A DNA stretch of 64,000 nt. Source: a candidate division Kazan bacterium RIFCSPHIGHO2_01_FULL_44_14 (GTDB lineage Bacteria; Patescibacteriota; Kazan-3B-28). The stretch lies in assembly GCA_001771185.1 (NCBI GenBank), contig METB01000001.1, positions 567,200 through 631,199 on the forward strand. The letters run 5' to 3'. The notes below the pieces were generated by a model. It saw only the letters and a list, made by a program, of their open reading frames with translations, had not been told where the DNA came from and ran no database searches. Below are positions 1-9,487 of this stretch, in pieces. Position 1 is the first letter of the stretch, and each line of letters opens with the position of its first letter. Both the position numbers and the translations under genes were made by a program.

Positions 1-191
1 TATACGCGAACTCCTCTTCTGCCGTACGGCAGAATCGTCAGACAACGCTATCCAGACCGGGCGATTTTCTAATCGGTCCCAAAAAGGGATCCCTTCGGGA
101 CGGACGCAATTTGCTCAATGGGGTTTGAGAGTTGTGAAGGTAGAAACACCGGACTAGGATTGACTTTATCTTATTTTCAGGTACTTTTCAG

Positions 192-386
192 GTGGGAGAG
201 AATATGAAGCACGATTATTTTAAATGGATAGCATTGGCTGTATTCGTAATAGCGGTAGGGTTTTATTTTTACCAAACAAGATATTTTATCAGCAACGCTG
301 GTTGTTCAAAATATATGCTTGGTGGAAAAACTGGAACTGGGGCGTCTGTTTTGGACAGGTGGACTGGCAAAACAGATTGTCGTTAG
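192..386 (+). CDS. small hypothetical membrane protein; start may be the internal ATG at ~204
   Basis: 64-aa ORF with one hydrophobic helix; GGGAGAG RBS-like motif just upstream of the internal ATG. Confidence 0.3.
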   Translation: MGENMKHDYFKWIALAVFVIAVGFYFYQTRYFISNAGCSKYMLGGKTGTGASVLDRWTGKTDCR

Positions 387-421
387 TCGAAAACTAATAA
401 TAGTTTTAGACGGGTTATATC

Positions 422-1864
422 ATGTGGTGGAGAAGAACAATATTAGCAGGGGGAGTCGTACTATCTTTGGTGGTAGCATGGTTTAATATACCCTCTATCT
501 CCTATGGGGCAGAATCAGACTTTACGGCAATCCCCGAGGTCTCTAGCGCGAACGACCAAAGTGCATACTCTGACTACTGGTCGCAACTAAAAATATGTTC
601 TTATGGTGATTGTTCCCAGTATGGATTTATGGCTTATCTCGACATTTTGACTGGTAGTTGCAAGTGTACCAGTGGATATGTTTTTGACTATGATTTTTTG
701 GGTCGGCTTCAGTGTGTTTTCGGTGACACGGTCTGTCATAACAAGTATGGTTATAATTCTGATTACAATTCATTTAGCAATTCATGTGAATGTTCGTATG
801 GTTATGTTATGAGTGGCGGACAATGTACATCGCACGATAAGATATGCACGGATACTCTCGGGTACAATTCGAGATACAATGTTCTGACTGGTAATTGTGA
901 GTGCAACTATGGTTACGTAATTGATGGAGGACAATGTAAATACGCCCAGACGGTTTGTCATAATAGACATGGAATTAATTCTAGATATAATTCCCTGACT
1001 AAGACATGCGAATGTGAGAGCGGGTATACGATGGATTCCTCTAGTCAATGTATCAAAAAGCAGAATAATGTTTATTTTACTCTGAAAGAGCTAGACACGG
1101 ACACAAAAAGAGCAATCATTAAAAGCGATTATGATTATAGATATTATCTTGTAGAGTATAACTCTGGCTGTTATTCGTCTTCGTTTAGGAGATATCTAAA
1201 TCGTCAAATAGTAGTTAATCTAGGTACTGACTTTTATGTAGATTTTTGGGATAAGATTGTTTTACAAGATGATAATGAAACATGCGAGATCATAGATGTC
1301 GATAGCGCTGATTTCAGCACTACGTTGGTGGAAGATGAAGATACGAATAGCGGGGTCATTTTTACACTGCCTGTGAAACAACCAATTTCGGGACCATATC
1401 AATATCTCTGGAAAGCACAGAATGGAACTATTAGTGTTGATAGAACTGCCCACGAAATTACCGCTTCAAGGGCTGACACCATTGCAATGTCGGTGACACT
1501 GGTCAATCGTTCTGGACGAGAGATTAAAGGGTTGTCGTCTTTGCCTGCTGTTGCTGGCAAGATTAATTATGGTGGTTGGGGATTGGGTACTTCAAAACCC
1601 ATCGATAATAAACCTACATGGCTAGACGCTTCTAGTTTTGTTATAAATGGCAATAGGTTTGTATATTACAACGGTCCAGATATCCCAGACGGAGGAGAAT
1701 TTACTTTGACTTGGAATATTAAAATTTCATCAACGGCTGCAAGGGGCACGTATAAAATGTATCTCAACTGTGTGAAAGAATGGGAAAATTGGACGCAACA
1801 AGTCAGCAGGGATGGAATTTTACTTCCCAGCCCTGATATCTTCTGGCGAGTATATGTAAATTAA
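422..1864 (+). CDS. secreted cysteine-rich tandem-repeat protein
   Basis: 480 aa; N-terminal signal/TM helix; about 5 tandem ~32-aa units of the form C-x3-GYNSxYN-x5-CEC-x-YGYV-x3-GQC; no recognisable enzymatic motif. Confidence 0.6.
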   Translation: MWWRRTILAGGVVLSLVVAWFNIPSISYGAESDFTAIPEVSSANDQSAYSDYWSQLKICSYGDCSQYGFMAYLDILTGSCKCTSGYVFDYDFLGRLQCVFGDTVCHNKYGYNSDYNSFSNSCECSYGYVMSGGQCTSHDKICTDTLGYNSRYNVLTGNCECNYGYVIDGGQCKYAQTVCHNRHGINSRYNSLTKTCECESGYTMDSSSQCIKKQNNVYFTLKELDTDTKRAIIKSDYDYRYYLVEYNSGCYSSSFRRYLNRQIVVNLGTDFYVDFWDKIVLQDDNETCEIIDVDSADFSTTLVEDEDTNSGVIFTLPVKQPISGPYQYLWKAQNGTISVDRTAHEITASRADTIAMSVTLVNRSGREIKGLSSLPAVAGKINYGGWGLGTSKPIDNKPTWLDASSFVINGNRFVYYNGPDIPDGGEFTLTWNIKISSTAARGTYKMYLNCVKEWENWTQQVSRDGILLPSPDIFWRVYVN

Positions 1865-1874
1865 GGAGGTTGGT

Positions 1875-2459
1875 ATGGAAAATGAACCGAAACCGAGGGG
1901 GTGGATGGCACGCCTGTCACTTTGGCAAAGAGGATTTCTAATCGTTGGGTCGTTATTTACGATGGGGGTAGTTTGGGCGGCTACTTTGCCGACTGTACCT
2001 GCTACTGATACGCCTACCAATAATTCAGTTGTCGCATCAGAAGAAACGAAGACATTCTCTGAGCAGGTGGCTATTTTACATGATTCTACAACCATAAACG
2101 ACAGTTCATTGGCGCAGGGTACTACTCAAATTCGTCAAGCGGGTAAGGACGGCGAAAAGACAATTACCTACGAAGTAAAAATCCAAGACGGTGTTGAAAT
2201 GTCGAGGAAGGTTGTTGCTGAAGAAATTACCATCCAACCAGTTTCGGAAATAAAAGCTCTTGGGACGAAAGCACCAGTTTCCACTAATGCTCCAAATGGA
2301 ACTTATAAAAATGTAGATGGCGATATTATCCAGTCGCCGTATCATGCTCCATCAGCTCCGGCTGGTGCTTCGGCTCAATGTGGGGATGGGACTTATAGCT
2401 TTAGCGCTCATCGGCAGGGTACTTGTTCACATCATGGCGGTGTGGCTAGATGGTTGTAG
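1875..2459 (+). CDS. membrane-anchored protein with G5-like domain and C-terminal DUF3761-like motif
   Basis: RBS AGGAGG upstream; N-terminal TM helix; G5-like segment TITYEV...EITIQP; C-terminal CGDGTYSFSAHRQGTCSHHGGV resembles DUF3761. Confidence 0.5.
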   Translation: MENEPKPRGWMARLSLWQRGFLIVGSLFTMGVVWAATLPTVPATDTPTNNSVVASEETKTFSEQVAILHDSTTINDSSLAQGTTQIRQAGKDGEKTITYEVKIQDGVEMSRKVVAEEITIQPVSEIKALGTKAPVSTNAPNGTYKNVDGDIIQSPYHAPSAPAGASAQCGDGTYSFSAHRQGTCSHHGGVARWL

Positions 2460-2465
2460 GAGTGG

Positions 2466-2948
2466 GTGTATAATCTGGACGGAGGCGAGATGATGGAAGA
2501 CGATAATTCGAGGAAAGAGAAGAATCTGGACACACTTTATAAGTGGCGCGATTTTTTAGATCGTGTACGGGTTAAATTGTCTAATTCTTTCGATAGGTAC
2601 CTCCTAACCATTGCCACGGGTGGTCTATATTTGTCCGTGTATTTCACATCTGGTCAAAGTGGGGTATTTCTTCATGTAGCAGCATTGGCTTGGGGTTGGG
2701 GCTTGTTACTGCTGTCAATCTTCGTGACTTTGTTATCGATTATTTTTAGTGTGATGGCATACCAGAGAGAGATTAGTATTGCCGATATGAACATAGAGGC
2801 ACAAAAAGAGAGTCAAACAGTGGTTGGGGCGAATAATGAGTGGAATTTTTGGGTGGATGCTTGTAGGTGGGTATCGATGGCTACCTTTATGGCAGGTATT
2901 GCCGCTTTAGCATATTTCTACTTTGTGAATCTTACTCTGCATACATGA
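2466..2948 (+). CDS. hypothetical integral membrane protein
   Basis: 160-aa ORF with 3-4 predicted TM helices; immediately follows the previous gene. Confidence 0.45.
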   Translation: MYNLDGGEMMEDDNSRKEKNLDTLYKWRDFLDRVRVKLSNSFDRYLLTIATGGLYLSVYFTSGQSGVFLHVAALAWGWGLLLLSIFVTLLSIIFSVMAYQREISIADMNIEAQKESQTVVGANNEWNFWVDACRWVSMATFMAGIAALAYFYFVNLTLHT

Positions 2949-3355
2949 TTAGTCGTCGTATTGGAAAAAGAGTCGTTAAACGCAAGGCGATACGAGCTCG
3001 TAATGGGCATCGGATAGTTCGCAGAAAAAAATGTGGGGGTACGTCGTCAACGGGTCGCCCACCTTTGCGGCAACAGTAATTATTTTTAGTAAATGGGAAA
3101 CGCAAAACAGTCAAAGAAACAGTCCGGTCAATATAGGGTTGTTTCTGAAATGAAGTCAGACAAGACGCCCCCGACCCCGAGGCGAGAGACCTCTAGAGAG
3201 AAGGGGACTAAACCATCCAAAAGACCACCTCTTCGGTAGAGTGTGGTCAAAGGAATTCGGCTCTGAGTTGGTGATTGAGGATTGGAAAGATTAAGAATTG
3301 GGGTGGGGTGGCGCCTTGAATCGAGCTTCACTCTGGTTCAGGGTATAATCGGGAC

Positions 3356-3658
3356 ATGAGTCAGGGTATTAGATTGACCTGTGTGGCGGTACTGGGGTTT
3401 TGTGCCTGGTTTGCATTTGATTATTGGTTGAGTGGTTGGTTACTATCTCGCAATTTACTGCCGGATGTGGTTGGGTTTGTGGTCGGTACGCTGAAGGTTA
3501 TTGTGGGGACGACTGCGGGGTGGTTGGGTCTTAACATGAAAGTACTCGACAAAGTTCCCATCAGGTACCTAATAACTTTAGTGCTATTGATTTGGGGTGC
3601 TGTTCTATGGTTAATATTGCGTAATAATGATAATAAACTACTGGTAAAACCAACTTAA
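3356..3658 (+). CDS. hypothetical small membrane protein
   Basis: 100 aa, 3 TM helices; GGGTATAAT box ending ~7 nt before the ATG (leaderless-type promoter). Confidence 0.5.
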   Translation: MSQGIRLTCVAVLGFCAWFAFDYWLSGWLLSRNLLPDVVGFVVGTLKVIVGTTAGWLGLNMKVLDKVPIRYLITLVLLIWGAVLWLILRNNDNKLLVKPT

Positions 3659-3662
3659 GAAT

Positions 3663-4343
3663 ATGGCAAAAAATTTTCTGGGAGCATTAATTATCCTTGG
3701 GGTAGGCATTATCTCTATGTATGTCCTGTTTTTGGTGCGTCCAGGTTTGCAGAATTCTGATCAGCAGACGGTTGAAAAGTATCCCGACTATGCTCGGTTG
3801 GTGGAGTCAGCTGATCGCGCTGGATTCCAAGAATTGAAAATCGTGGATTCAACGGGCCCGCATTTGAATATGGCTAGTTCTAGCAAGGATTTTGATGGTG
3901 TTCCGAAAGTGAGTTATCGATATAATCGTTCTGGTGCCAGAGTTACAGATGCTTATTTGTTATTTGAGGGGTATGTGAACGGAAGCAAAAAGTCGGGCGA
4001 AACATTATATCCAGACGATTCCCTATACTTTAAGATAAATTCATTTGGTGGTCATTTAATTTCGACTCAAGGACGGGTTGAGACACCCCAAGACCCTGGT
4101 ATGACTCGTTGGATGTTTAATTTGGGCAATATGGCTTTTTATGAGACGGCAGTCGACAAAGCACTTAAAATAGGTGGAGTGCTTAATGCTGATTTTATTA
4201 AGTATCTCAATAGCTATGCTTTGCCACCCTATAAAGCGAATGTTTTTTCGGCTATCGTCTCAAGTAGACCAACAACTAAGATAATTCGTCTTTCTATCTT
4301 TTATAAAATGGCGCAAGAGGGCGACTTTATAGAAAAGGCGTAA
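3663..4343 (+). CDS. hypothetical membrane-anchored protein
   Basis: 226 aa, N-terminal TM helix; follows the previous ORF by 4 nt. Confidence 0.5.
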   Translation: MAKNFLGALIILGVGIISMYVLFLVRPGLQNSDQQTVEKYPDYARLVESADRAGFQELKIVDSTGPHLNMASSSKDFDGVPKVSYRYNRSGARVTDAYLLFEGYVNGSKKSGETLYPDDSLYFKINSFGGHLISTQGRVETPQDPGMTRWMFNLGNMAFYETAVDKALKIGGVLNADFIKYLNSYALPPYKANVFSAIVSSRPTTKIIRLSIFYKMAQEGDFIEKA

Positions 4344-4484
4344 ATTTATGGTATAATGTGAACGTAAATTGCTCACTTGAGCAATTTTTATAAAAATTCG
4401 TCTTTTATAAAATCGGGAAATTAAAAGCGCCAACGGCGACCAGCTTTATATAAATAAACAGTTGGAGAAAGGAATCCTAGCAAA

Positions 4485-4775
4485 ATGGCTCAGAGGAGTA
4501 AAACAGGACAGAGTCGACACGATCGAGGGGTGATGCAGATGGTAACCCAGCTCAAGCAGAATGGGTTCAGTGTCAAAGCCGACCTTCCTAATTTTGTCAA
4601 ACCAGCCCAGATCGGTGGTTTTGTACCGGACGTAGAAGCACACAAGGGAGTGCAGAAAGTAATCGGAGAAGTTGAGACAAAAGACAGTATGGCGTCAGAC
4701 ATAGATCAAAGACGAGCATTCCGGACGAACGCCGATGCACTCAAGAACACCACTTTTAAACTAAAGAAGGTCTAA
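4485..4775 (+). CDS. hypothetical protein
   Basis: 96-aa ORF with GGAG upstream; no recognisable motif. Confidence 0.35.
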   Translation: MAQRSKTGQSRHDRGVMQMVTQLKQNGFSVKADLPNFVKPAQIGGFVPDVEAHKGVQKVIGEVETKDSMASDIDQRRAFRTNADALKNTTFKLKKV

Positions 4776-4901
4776 AGCAGAGCTTATAAAAGAGACCAAT
4801 TTTGCCAGTTGATTTTCCTGGTTGTTTTTGGGTGAAGTATAATATCCTGTTTTGGGATATTCGATTTTGGGATATATTCTGGGGGCGTTAAGTCCCCATT
4901 T

Positions 4902-5129
4902 ATGAATTCACAAATCTATTCCAAAGAGTACAAGGAACTGGTAAAGAAACTGCGTCAAGCACGACTTGATGTGGGTTTAACACAGAAAGAAGTGGCTCAG
5001 AAGTTAGGCAAGCCACAGTCGTTTGTATCGAAGGTGGAGGCGGGACAGAGGCGGTTGGATGTACTGGAACTTAAGACATTGGCCGTAATATATCGTCAGG
5101 ATATTAAAAAATTCTTTTATGCCAAATAA
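4902..5129 (+). CDS. controller (C) protein of a restriction-modification system; XRE-family HTH regulator
   Basis: 75 aa; HTH_3 signature GLTQKEVAQKLGKPQSFVSKVEAGQR; overlaps the start of the downstream putative endonuclease gene, as in C-R operons. Confidence 0.65.
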   Translation: MNSQIYSKEYKELVKKLRQARLDVGLTQKEVAQKLGKPQSFVSKVEAGQRRLDVLELKTLAVIYRQDIKKFFYAK

Positions 5130-6126
5130 TCAAGGACAACAAACCAATCCGGTCGATAGTATTGATTACGAGGCAATTGTAGAGAAGTATCCCTGGATAG
5201 TTGCACGAGACCAAAAAACAATTATCAGTCCAGATGCAGATGGTATTCTATGTGGATTACTAATGTCTCATTATTATGGATGGGAAATAGTCGGTTATTA
5301 TGATGGGAAAGCATTGGCGCTTAAACAAGGGTTGTCGATGCAGGAGTGTATTTTTCTTGATATTGAAATTTTTAGAGCAGGCGTCCGGAGTGTTGGGCAT
5401 CATATTATTGAGTTGGCACATCATGCGCCACCTAACAATTGGTTAACTTTCAAGCCACAATTAGATGGGTGTATCAATCCAAATATGATTCGGGGAGTTG
5501 ATTATTGGAACTCCCATTATCACTTTAAATATCCGATGGCCACAATTCACCTGTTGGTTGGTATTCTCAATGCCAATTCTGCTATTTCTATTCCACAGAG
5601 CGCTTTGGTCCCATTGCTACATGCTGATGGACTGGCAAATATTTTAATCAGCCGGTATACAGATAATTTACTAAGCTGGATGAAATATCTAGGAATTAAT
5701 CTAGAGGAACATCCATTGCATTGGCTATTTTTTCACAATATGCGGATAGTCGATTTAATGCAGGAACTAGCTAATTTTTATAGCGGTATTGGAACTGGGA
5801 GGCAGGGTAGGATTGATAAAATCTCCATTTCCGATAGTAAGGGGAATATTACCTTGAGTCCTGATGGTACAGTATATAAGTTTAGTGACGAATTAGTGAC
5901 CAAAGCAACTGGGTTTCTTGATTATCTTGCTGATAAAACGCAATGGGAGTTTAAATCAGATGCGTGGCAATTTAATAACTTGTCGGTTTATAGTTTTTCT
6001 AAAGGAGTGGCCAAGCCAACACAATCTGCGTATGCGGGAGTAATTGGACAAAACCCTCTATCATTGGCTATCACTAGCACTGACGGTATTCAGTACACGG
6101 TTGAGGGGCCAGACAATGCTCCTTAG
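5119..6126 (+). CDS. putative type II restriction endonuclease
   Basis: 335-aa ORF translationally coupled to the C gene and convergent with the methyltransferase (4-bp tail overlap); possible PD-(D/E)XK-like PDADG...LDIEIF segment; no other homology recognisable. Confidence 0.45.
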   Translation: MPNNQGQQTNPVDSIDYEAIVEKYPWIVARDQKTIISPDADGILCGLLMSHYYGWEIVGYYDGKALALKQGLSMQECIFLDIEIFRAGVRSVGHHIIELAHHAPPNNWLTFKPQLDGCINPNMIRGVDYWNSHYHFKYPMATIHLLVGILNANSAISIPQSALVPLLHADGLANILISRYTDNLLSWMKYLGINLEEHPLHWLFFHNMRIVDLMQELANFYSGIGTGRQGRIDKISISDSKGNITLSPDGTVYKFSDELVTKATGFLDYLADKTQWEFKSDAWQFNNLSVYSFSKGVAKPTQSAYAGVIGQNPLSLAITSTDGIQYTVEGPDNAP

Positions 6127-6974
6127 CGCACCAGCTCGGCGGCTATTTGGTTAGCTTCTATAACCAGACGTTGCTTGGCGATTTTACAATATTCTTCTGC
6201 AATATCTATCCCTATGAAGTTGCATCCAAGGTTTGCAGCTGCAACGAGAGTAGTCCCACTGCCAGCCATTGGATCTAGGACAATACCTTTTGGTGGGCAA
6301 AAGGTTTTTATGAAGTCAATTGGGAGTTGGTCGGGGAATGTGGCGGGGTGTTCATGCTTGAGTCGACTACCGTCGCCTGCTGTTAAGTAGTCCCAGATGG
6401 TTCCACGGCACTTCATTAAATTAATTTTTATTGAGCGAGTATCAATCCGAACACCGTTGGTTAGACGAGTGCCTCCGCCGGTCATGGTTTTTCCGCCGTG
6501 TTTTGATGGGATTTTCAGATGTTCTTTGTTGAAATACTGAGGTCGTTCGCCTTTTAGAAAAATTGGAACATATTCATGGTCTACTCGGAATCTTTTATTC
6601 CACCAGGCACCCTCGGCTCCATATTTACGATAAACAACAGTTTCGAATAACTTAAATCCAGCATTATCACACCAATCGATTATTGTTCGAAATGATGTGA
6701 GGGATTTGCCAAAATTTTTGGTTTGGTCTTGGATTACCATTACAGCAACGCCACCATCTTTAAGAACACGATAGATTTCTTTGCCGAGAGATGGCAGGTC
6801 AAGTGAAAATCCTTTGTAGTCCCGGATACTATCATAGGGTGGGGAGGTAACTACGATATCAATACAGTTGTCGGGTAATTTTTTAAGTGCTTCAACACAG
6901 TCCATGCATTGCACGGTATTTTTCCATTCAATTAAATAATTTTTTTGAGTTTTAACTATCATGCTGGTAGCCAT
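6123..6974 (-). CDS. DNA methyltransferase, beta class (motif IV before motif I), probably N4-cytosine or N6-adenine
   Basis: Motif IV VVTSPPYDS (SPPY) near the N-terminus and motif I VLDPMAGSGTTLVAA near the C-terminus. Confidence 0.8.
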   Translation of the reverse strand: MATSMIVKTQKNYLIEWKNTVQCMDCVEALKKLPDNCIDIVVTSPPYDSIRDYKGFSLDLPSLGKEIYRVLKDGGVAVMVIQDQTKNFGKSLTSFRTIIDWCDNAGFKLFETVVYRKYGAEGAWWNKRFRVDHEYVPIFLKGERPQYFNKEHLKIPSKHGGKTMTGGGTRLTNGVRIDTRSIKINLMKCRGTIWDYLTAGDGSRLKHEHPATFPDQLPIDFIKTFCPPKGIVLDPMAGSGTTLVAAANLGCNFIGIDIAEEYCKIAKQRLVIEANQIAAELVR

Positions 6975-7052
6975 ATTTTAGCATGGGGCCTTGAGATAGT
7001 CTATAGTATGTTTTCTTGACTAATATGATGGTCTACTTCAGTATATTGAGGT

Positions 7053-8357
7053 ATGAAAATAACTAAACAAACAGGGGAGAAGAATCATATTAAACTAGTC
7101 ATTGCGCTGGAGGCCTCCGAGTGGGAGAAAATTTTGGACAAAGCAAGTGTCAAAGCGAGTGAAGGGGCGAAGATTCCGGGGTTTAGAGAGGGCAGAGCAC
7201 CCAGAACGGTGGTGATTAATCAGATTGGGGAGGCCAGAGTGGTGAGTGTGGCGATTGAATTGGCGGTGGAGGAGTATTATCCACTCGCTGCCAAGCAAGA
7301 GCAGATTAAGCCGATAGCATTCCCCAAGATTTCAGTCGAGAAAGGTGGAATGACCGAACCGTTAACTTTTACCGCAGAAGTGGCGGTGTTGCCGGAAGTT
7401 GTATTAGGAGATTATTCAAAGATAAAAATAGTAAAGAGTATTGAGTTGGTGAGTGATGAGAGTGTAGAAGAGGTATTGAAGAGCTTGCAGAAAAAGGCGG
7501 TGGAGTTTCAGCCAGTTGAGCGGGAAGCTAAACTAGGGGACTGGACCGAGATTGATTTTGATGGCTTTGTGGACGGTAAACCGTTTGAAGGCGGGTCATC
7601 CAAGAAACATCCGCTGATTTTAGGGGATAAAGTTTTTATTCCTGGCTTTGAAGAGGGGATGGTGGGAATGCGAGCGCAAGAAGAGAAAGATATTGAAGTT
7701 GAATTTCCGAAGGATTATCACAACAAGGACTTGGCGGGGAAACCGGCGAAATTCACGGTGAAACTACATCAAATTAAGGCGGTGAATTATCCAGATATTG
7801 ATGATGCGTTTGCCAAGAAACATGCCAATGTGGAAACCCTAGAAGCGTTAAAGGCAGATATCAAAAAGTTTTTAGATGAAGAAGCCGAGAAAAAAGCCAG
7901 CGAAAAAGTGCGCGAGGATGCAATTATGGCGCTGACCAAATTGGCCAAGATTGATTTGCCTGATGAACTAGTGAATCAAGAGTTGGACAACATGGTGCAG
8001 GATTTAAAACATCAAGCCGAGCATGCCAAAATGACATTTGAAGATTATCTAAAGCGGGCAGGAGGTCCGCCAGCTGGCGGAGAAGAGTGGCTGAAGAATC
8101 AATGGCGCGAACAAGCCGAACAAAGAGTGTTGGCGGGATTATCGTTGGAGGCCTTCCGCGAAGCCGAAAAAATTGAAGCAACCGATGCAGAAGTGGATGA
8201 GGAAATTAATCGGATTAAAGCCCAGTATCCCCAGAACGCTGACGAAATCGAAAAAGAATATGGCAGTGCGCGGGGTAAAGCCCGGCTCGGGCAGATGGTG
8301 GGAAGTCGCAAGGCAGTAGAGAAACTAGTTGAAATCGCCACTTCAACTTCTTCTTGA
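7053..8357 (+). CDS. tig: trigger factor
   Basis: 434 aa; typical trigger-factor N-terminus (MKITKQTGEKNHIKLVIALEASEW) and FKBP-like central domain; classic neighbour of clpP. Confidence 0.8.
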   Translation: MKITKQTGEKNHIKLVIALEASEWEKILDKASVKASEGAKIPGFREGRAPRTVVINQIGEARVVSVAIELAVEEYYPLAAKQEQIKPIAFPKISVEKGGMTEPLTFTAEVAVLPEVVLGDYSKIKIVKSIELVSDESVEEVLKSLQKKAVEFQPVEREAKLGDWTEIDFDGFVDGKPFEGGSSKKHPLILGDKVFIPGFEEGMVGMRAQEEKDIEVEFPKDYHNKDLAGKPAKFTVKLHQIKAVNYPDIDDAFAKKHANVETLEALKADIKKFLDEEAEKKASEKVREDAIMALTKLAKIDLPDELVNQELDNMVQDLKHQAEHAKMTFEDYLKRAGGPPAGGEEWLKNQWREQAEQRVLAGLSLEAFREAEKIEATDAEVDEEINRIKAQYPQNADEIEKEYGSARGKARLGQMVGSRKAVEKLVEIATSTSS

Positions 8358-8383
8358 CCAAACTCTTTAGCGTCATTTTCAAT

Positions 8384-8412
8384 AATTAAATGAACGGCCG
8401 TTCATCTAATTA
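8384..8412. repeat. ~29-bp near-perfect palindrome with GAACGGCCGTTC core (copy 1), after tig
   Basis: aattaaatgaacggccgttcatctaatt followed by a T-run; same family as copies at 8916, 25575 and 54375. Confidence 0.8.
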
Positions 8413-8456
8413 TTGGGTTTTTGATATAATTAATTTGGAAAATTAAAGTTTGGGGG

Positions 8457-8927
8457 ATGAAGACCAGCCGAGGAGCGTACAGATTGATGAAGACGTTATT
8501 CCGCCTGATGGACCGGGGCGGAACGATTTGGTTAGACAAATCCTGGCAAAAGAAAGTTGGTAATAGCAACCAAGCTGGTGCGGGGCGAACTTTTAAATAT
8601 TTGTGTCAGGCCAAATATCTATTAGAGTTGGGATCTGATAGATTCCAGGTGACGGATTTGGCCAAGATTAATTTATTGCAGGAAATTGTAAAAACACGGA
8701 AACCGGACGGAAAGTTGCGATTAGTGATTTTTGATATTCCCGAAAAACTAAAAAGGAATCGGAATCATTTTCGGCGACATTTAGCGGAGATGGGATTCAA
8801 AATGCAACAACAAAGTGTCTGGGTATCACAGTATCCATGTGAGGATTTAGTTAGTTTAGTGGTGAAATATCATGGGCTGGGGAAGTACGTAGAATTGATA
8901 ATTGGCAAACTCGCGATAATTAGATGA
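8457..8927 (+). CDS. hypothetical protein with C-terminal Cas2-fold-like domain
   Basis: C-terminal LRLVIFDIPEKLKRNRNHFRRHLAEMGFKMQQQSVWVS resembles the Cas2 core (VxYDV...RR...G.RvQ.SVF); N-terminal ~80 aa is possibly a wHTH; no CRISPR array nearby; flanked by near-identical palindromes. Confidence 0.4.
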   Translation: MKTSRGAYRLMKTLFRLMDRGGTIWLDKSWQKKVGNSNQAGAGRTFKYLCQAKYLLELGSDRFQVTDLAKINLLQEIVKTRKPDGKLRLVIFDIPEKLKRNRNHFRRHLAEMGFKMQQQSVWVSQYPCEDLVSLVVKYHGLGKYVELIIGKLAIIR

Positions 8928-8947
8928 ACGGCCGTTCATCTAATTAT
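8916..8947. repeat. 32-bp perfect palindrome with GAACGGCCGTTC core (copy 2), spanning the stop codon of the Cas2-like gene
   Basis: ataattagatgaacggccgttcatctaattat, a perfect inverted repeat nearly identical to copy 1. Confidence 0.8.
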
Positions 8948-9024
8948 TTGGCCAATAAAGAGGAGGAGCAAGAAAAAGCACTACGCGCTGGAAAGCGAGT
9001 AGGGCGATTTGAGGGAGATGTGCA

Positions 9025-9369
9025 TCATCTAGGAGGAATGTCGGCATTGGCGCCGGCAGAAGCGACGGCTTCGAGCAAGGGCGTCTCCTCTATTGGTTTG
9101 ACGGCCGGATAGACATTCGCGAGCTGGACGGTCTCGATGTCGAGACCTAGTGGGGTTAACGCTTCGACGAGGAGTGTAACCTCTTGGGCGGACTTTTCGG
9201 GAAAGAAAATCCGTAAGAACGGATGAAAAGTGTTTGGTCCGCTTCTTCTGGCTTCGAGATGAGGGATTACCTCCACGCTGGTGAAGACCTCAAACTTTTT
9301 TCTAACCCGATCGTAAGTTGAGGAACTCTCTGGTGGGAGTTCCCCGTGAATCTCTACAGTAATGGTCAT
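9025..9369 (-). CDS. hypothetical protein
   Basis: 114-aa ORF with a strong AGGAGG RBS 7 nt upstream on the minus strand. Confidence 0.5.
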   Translation of the reverse strand: MTITVEIHGELPPESSSTYDRVRKKFEVFTSVEVIPHLEARRSGPNTFHPFLRIFFPEKSAQEVTLLVEALTPLGLDIETVQLANVYPAVKPIEETPLLEAVASAGANADIPPR

Positions 9370-9487
9370 GTGCAGATCCTCCTAAAACTGAAAGTACAAG
9401 TCAGATGTAGGGTAGAGTAAAATCGGCTCTGGGTCACGATTTTTGTATAGAGTATAATTGGGCTGTATATTTCTCTAATTTATTATC

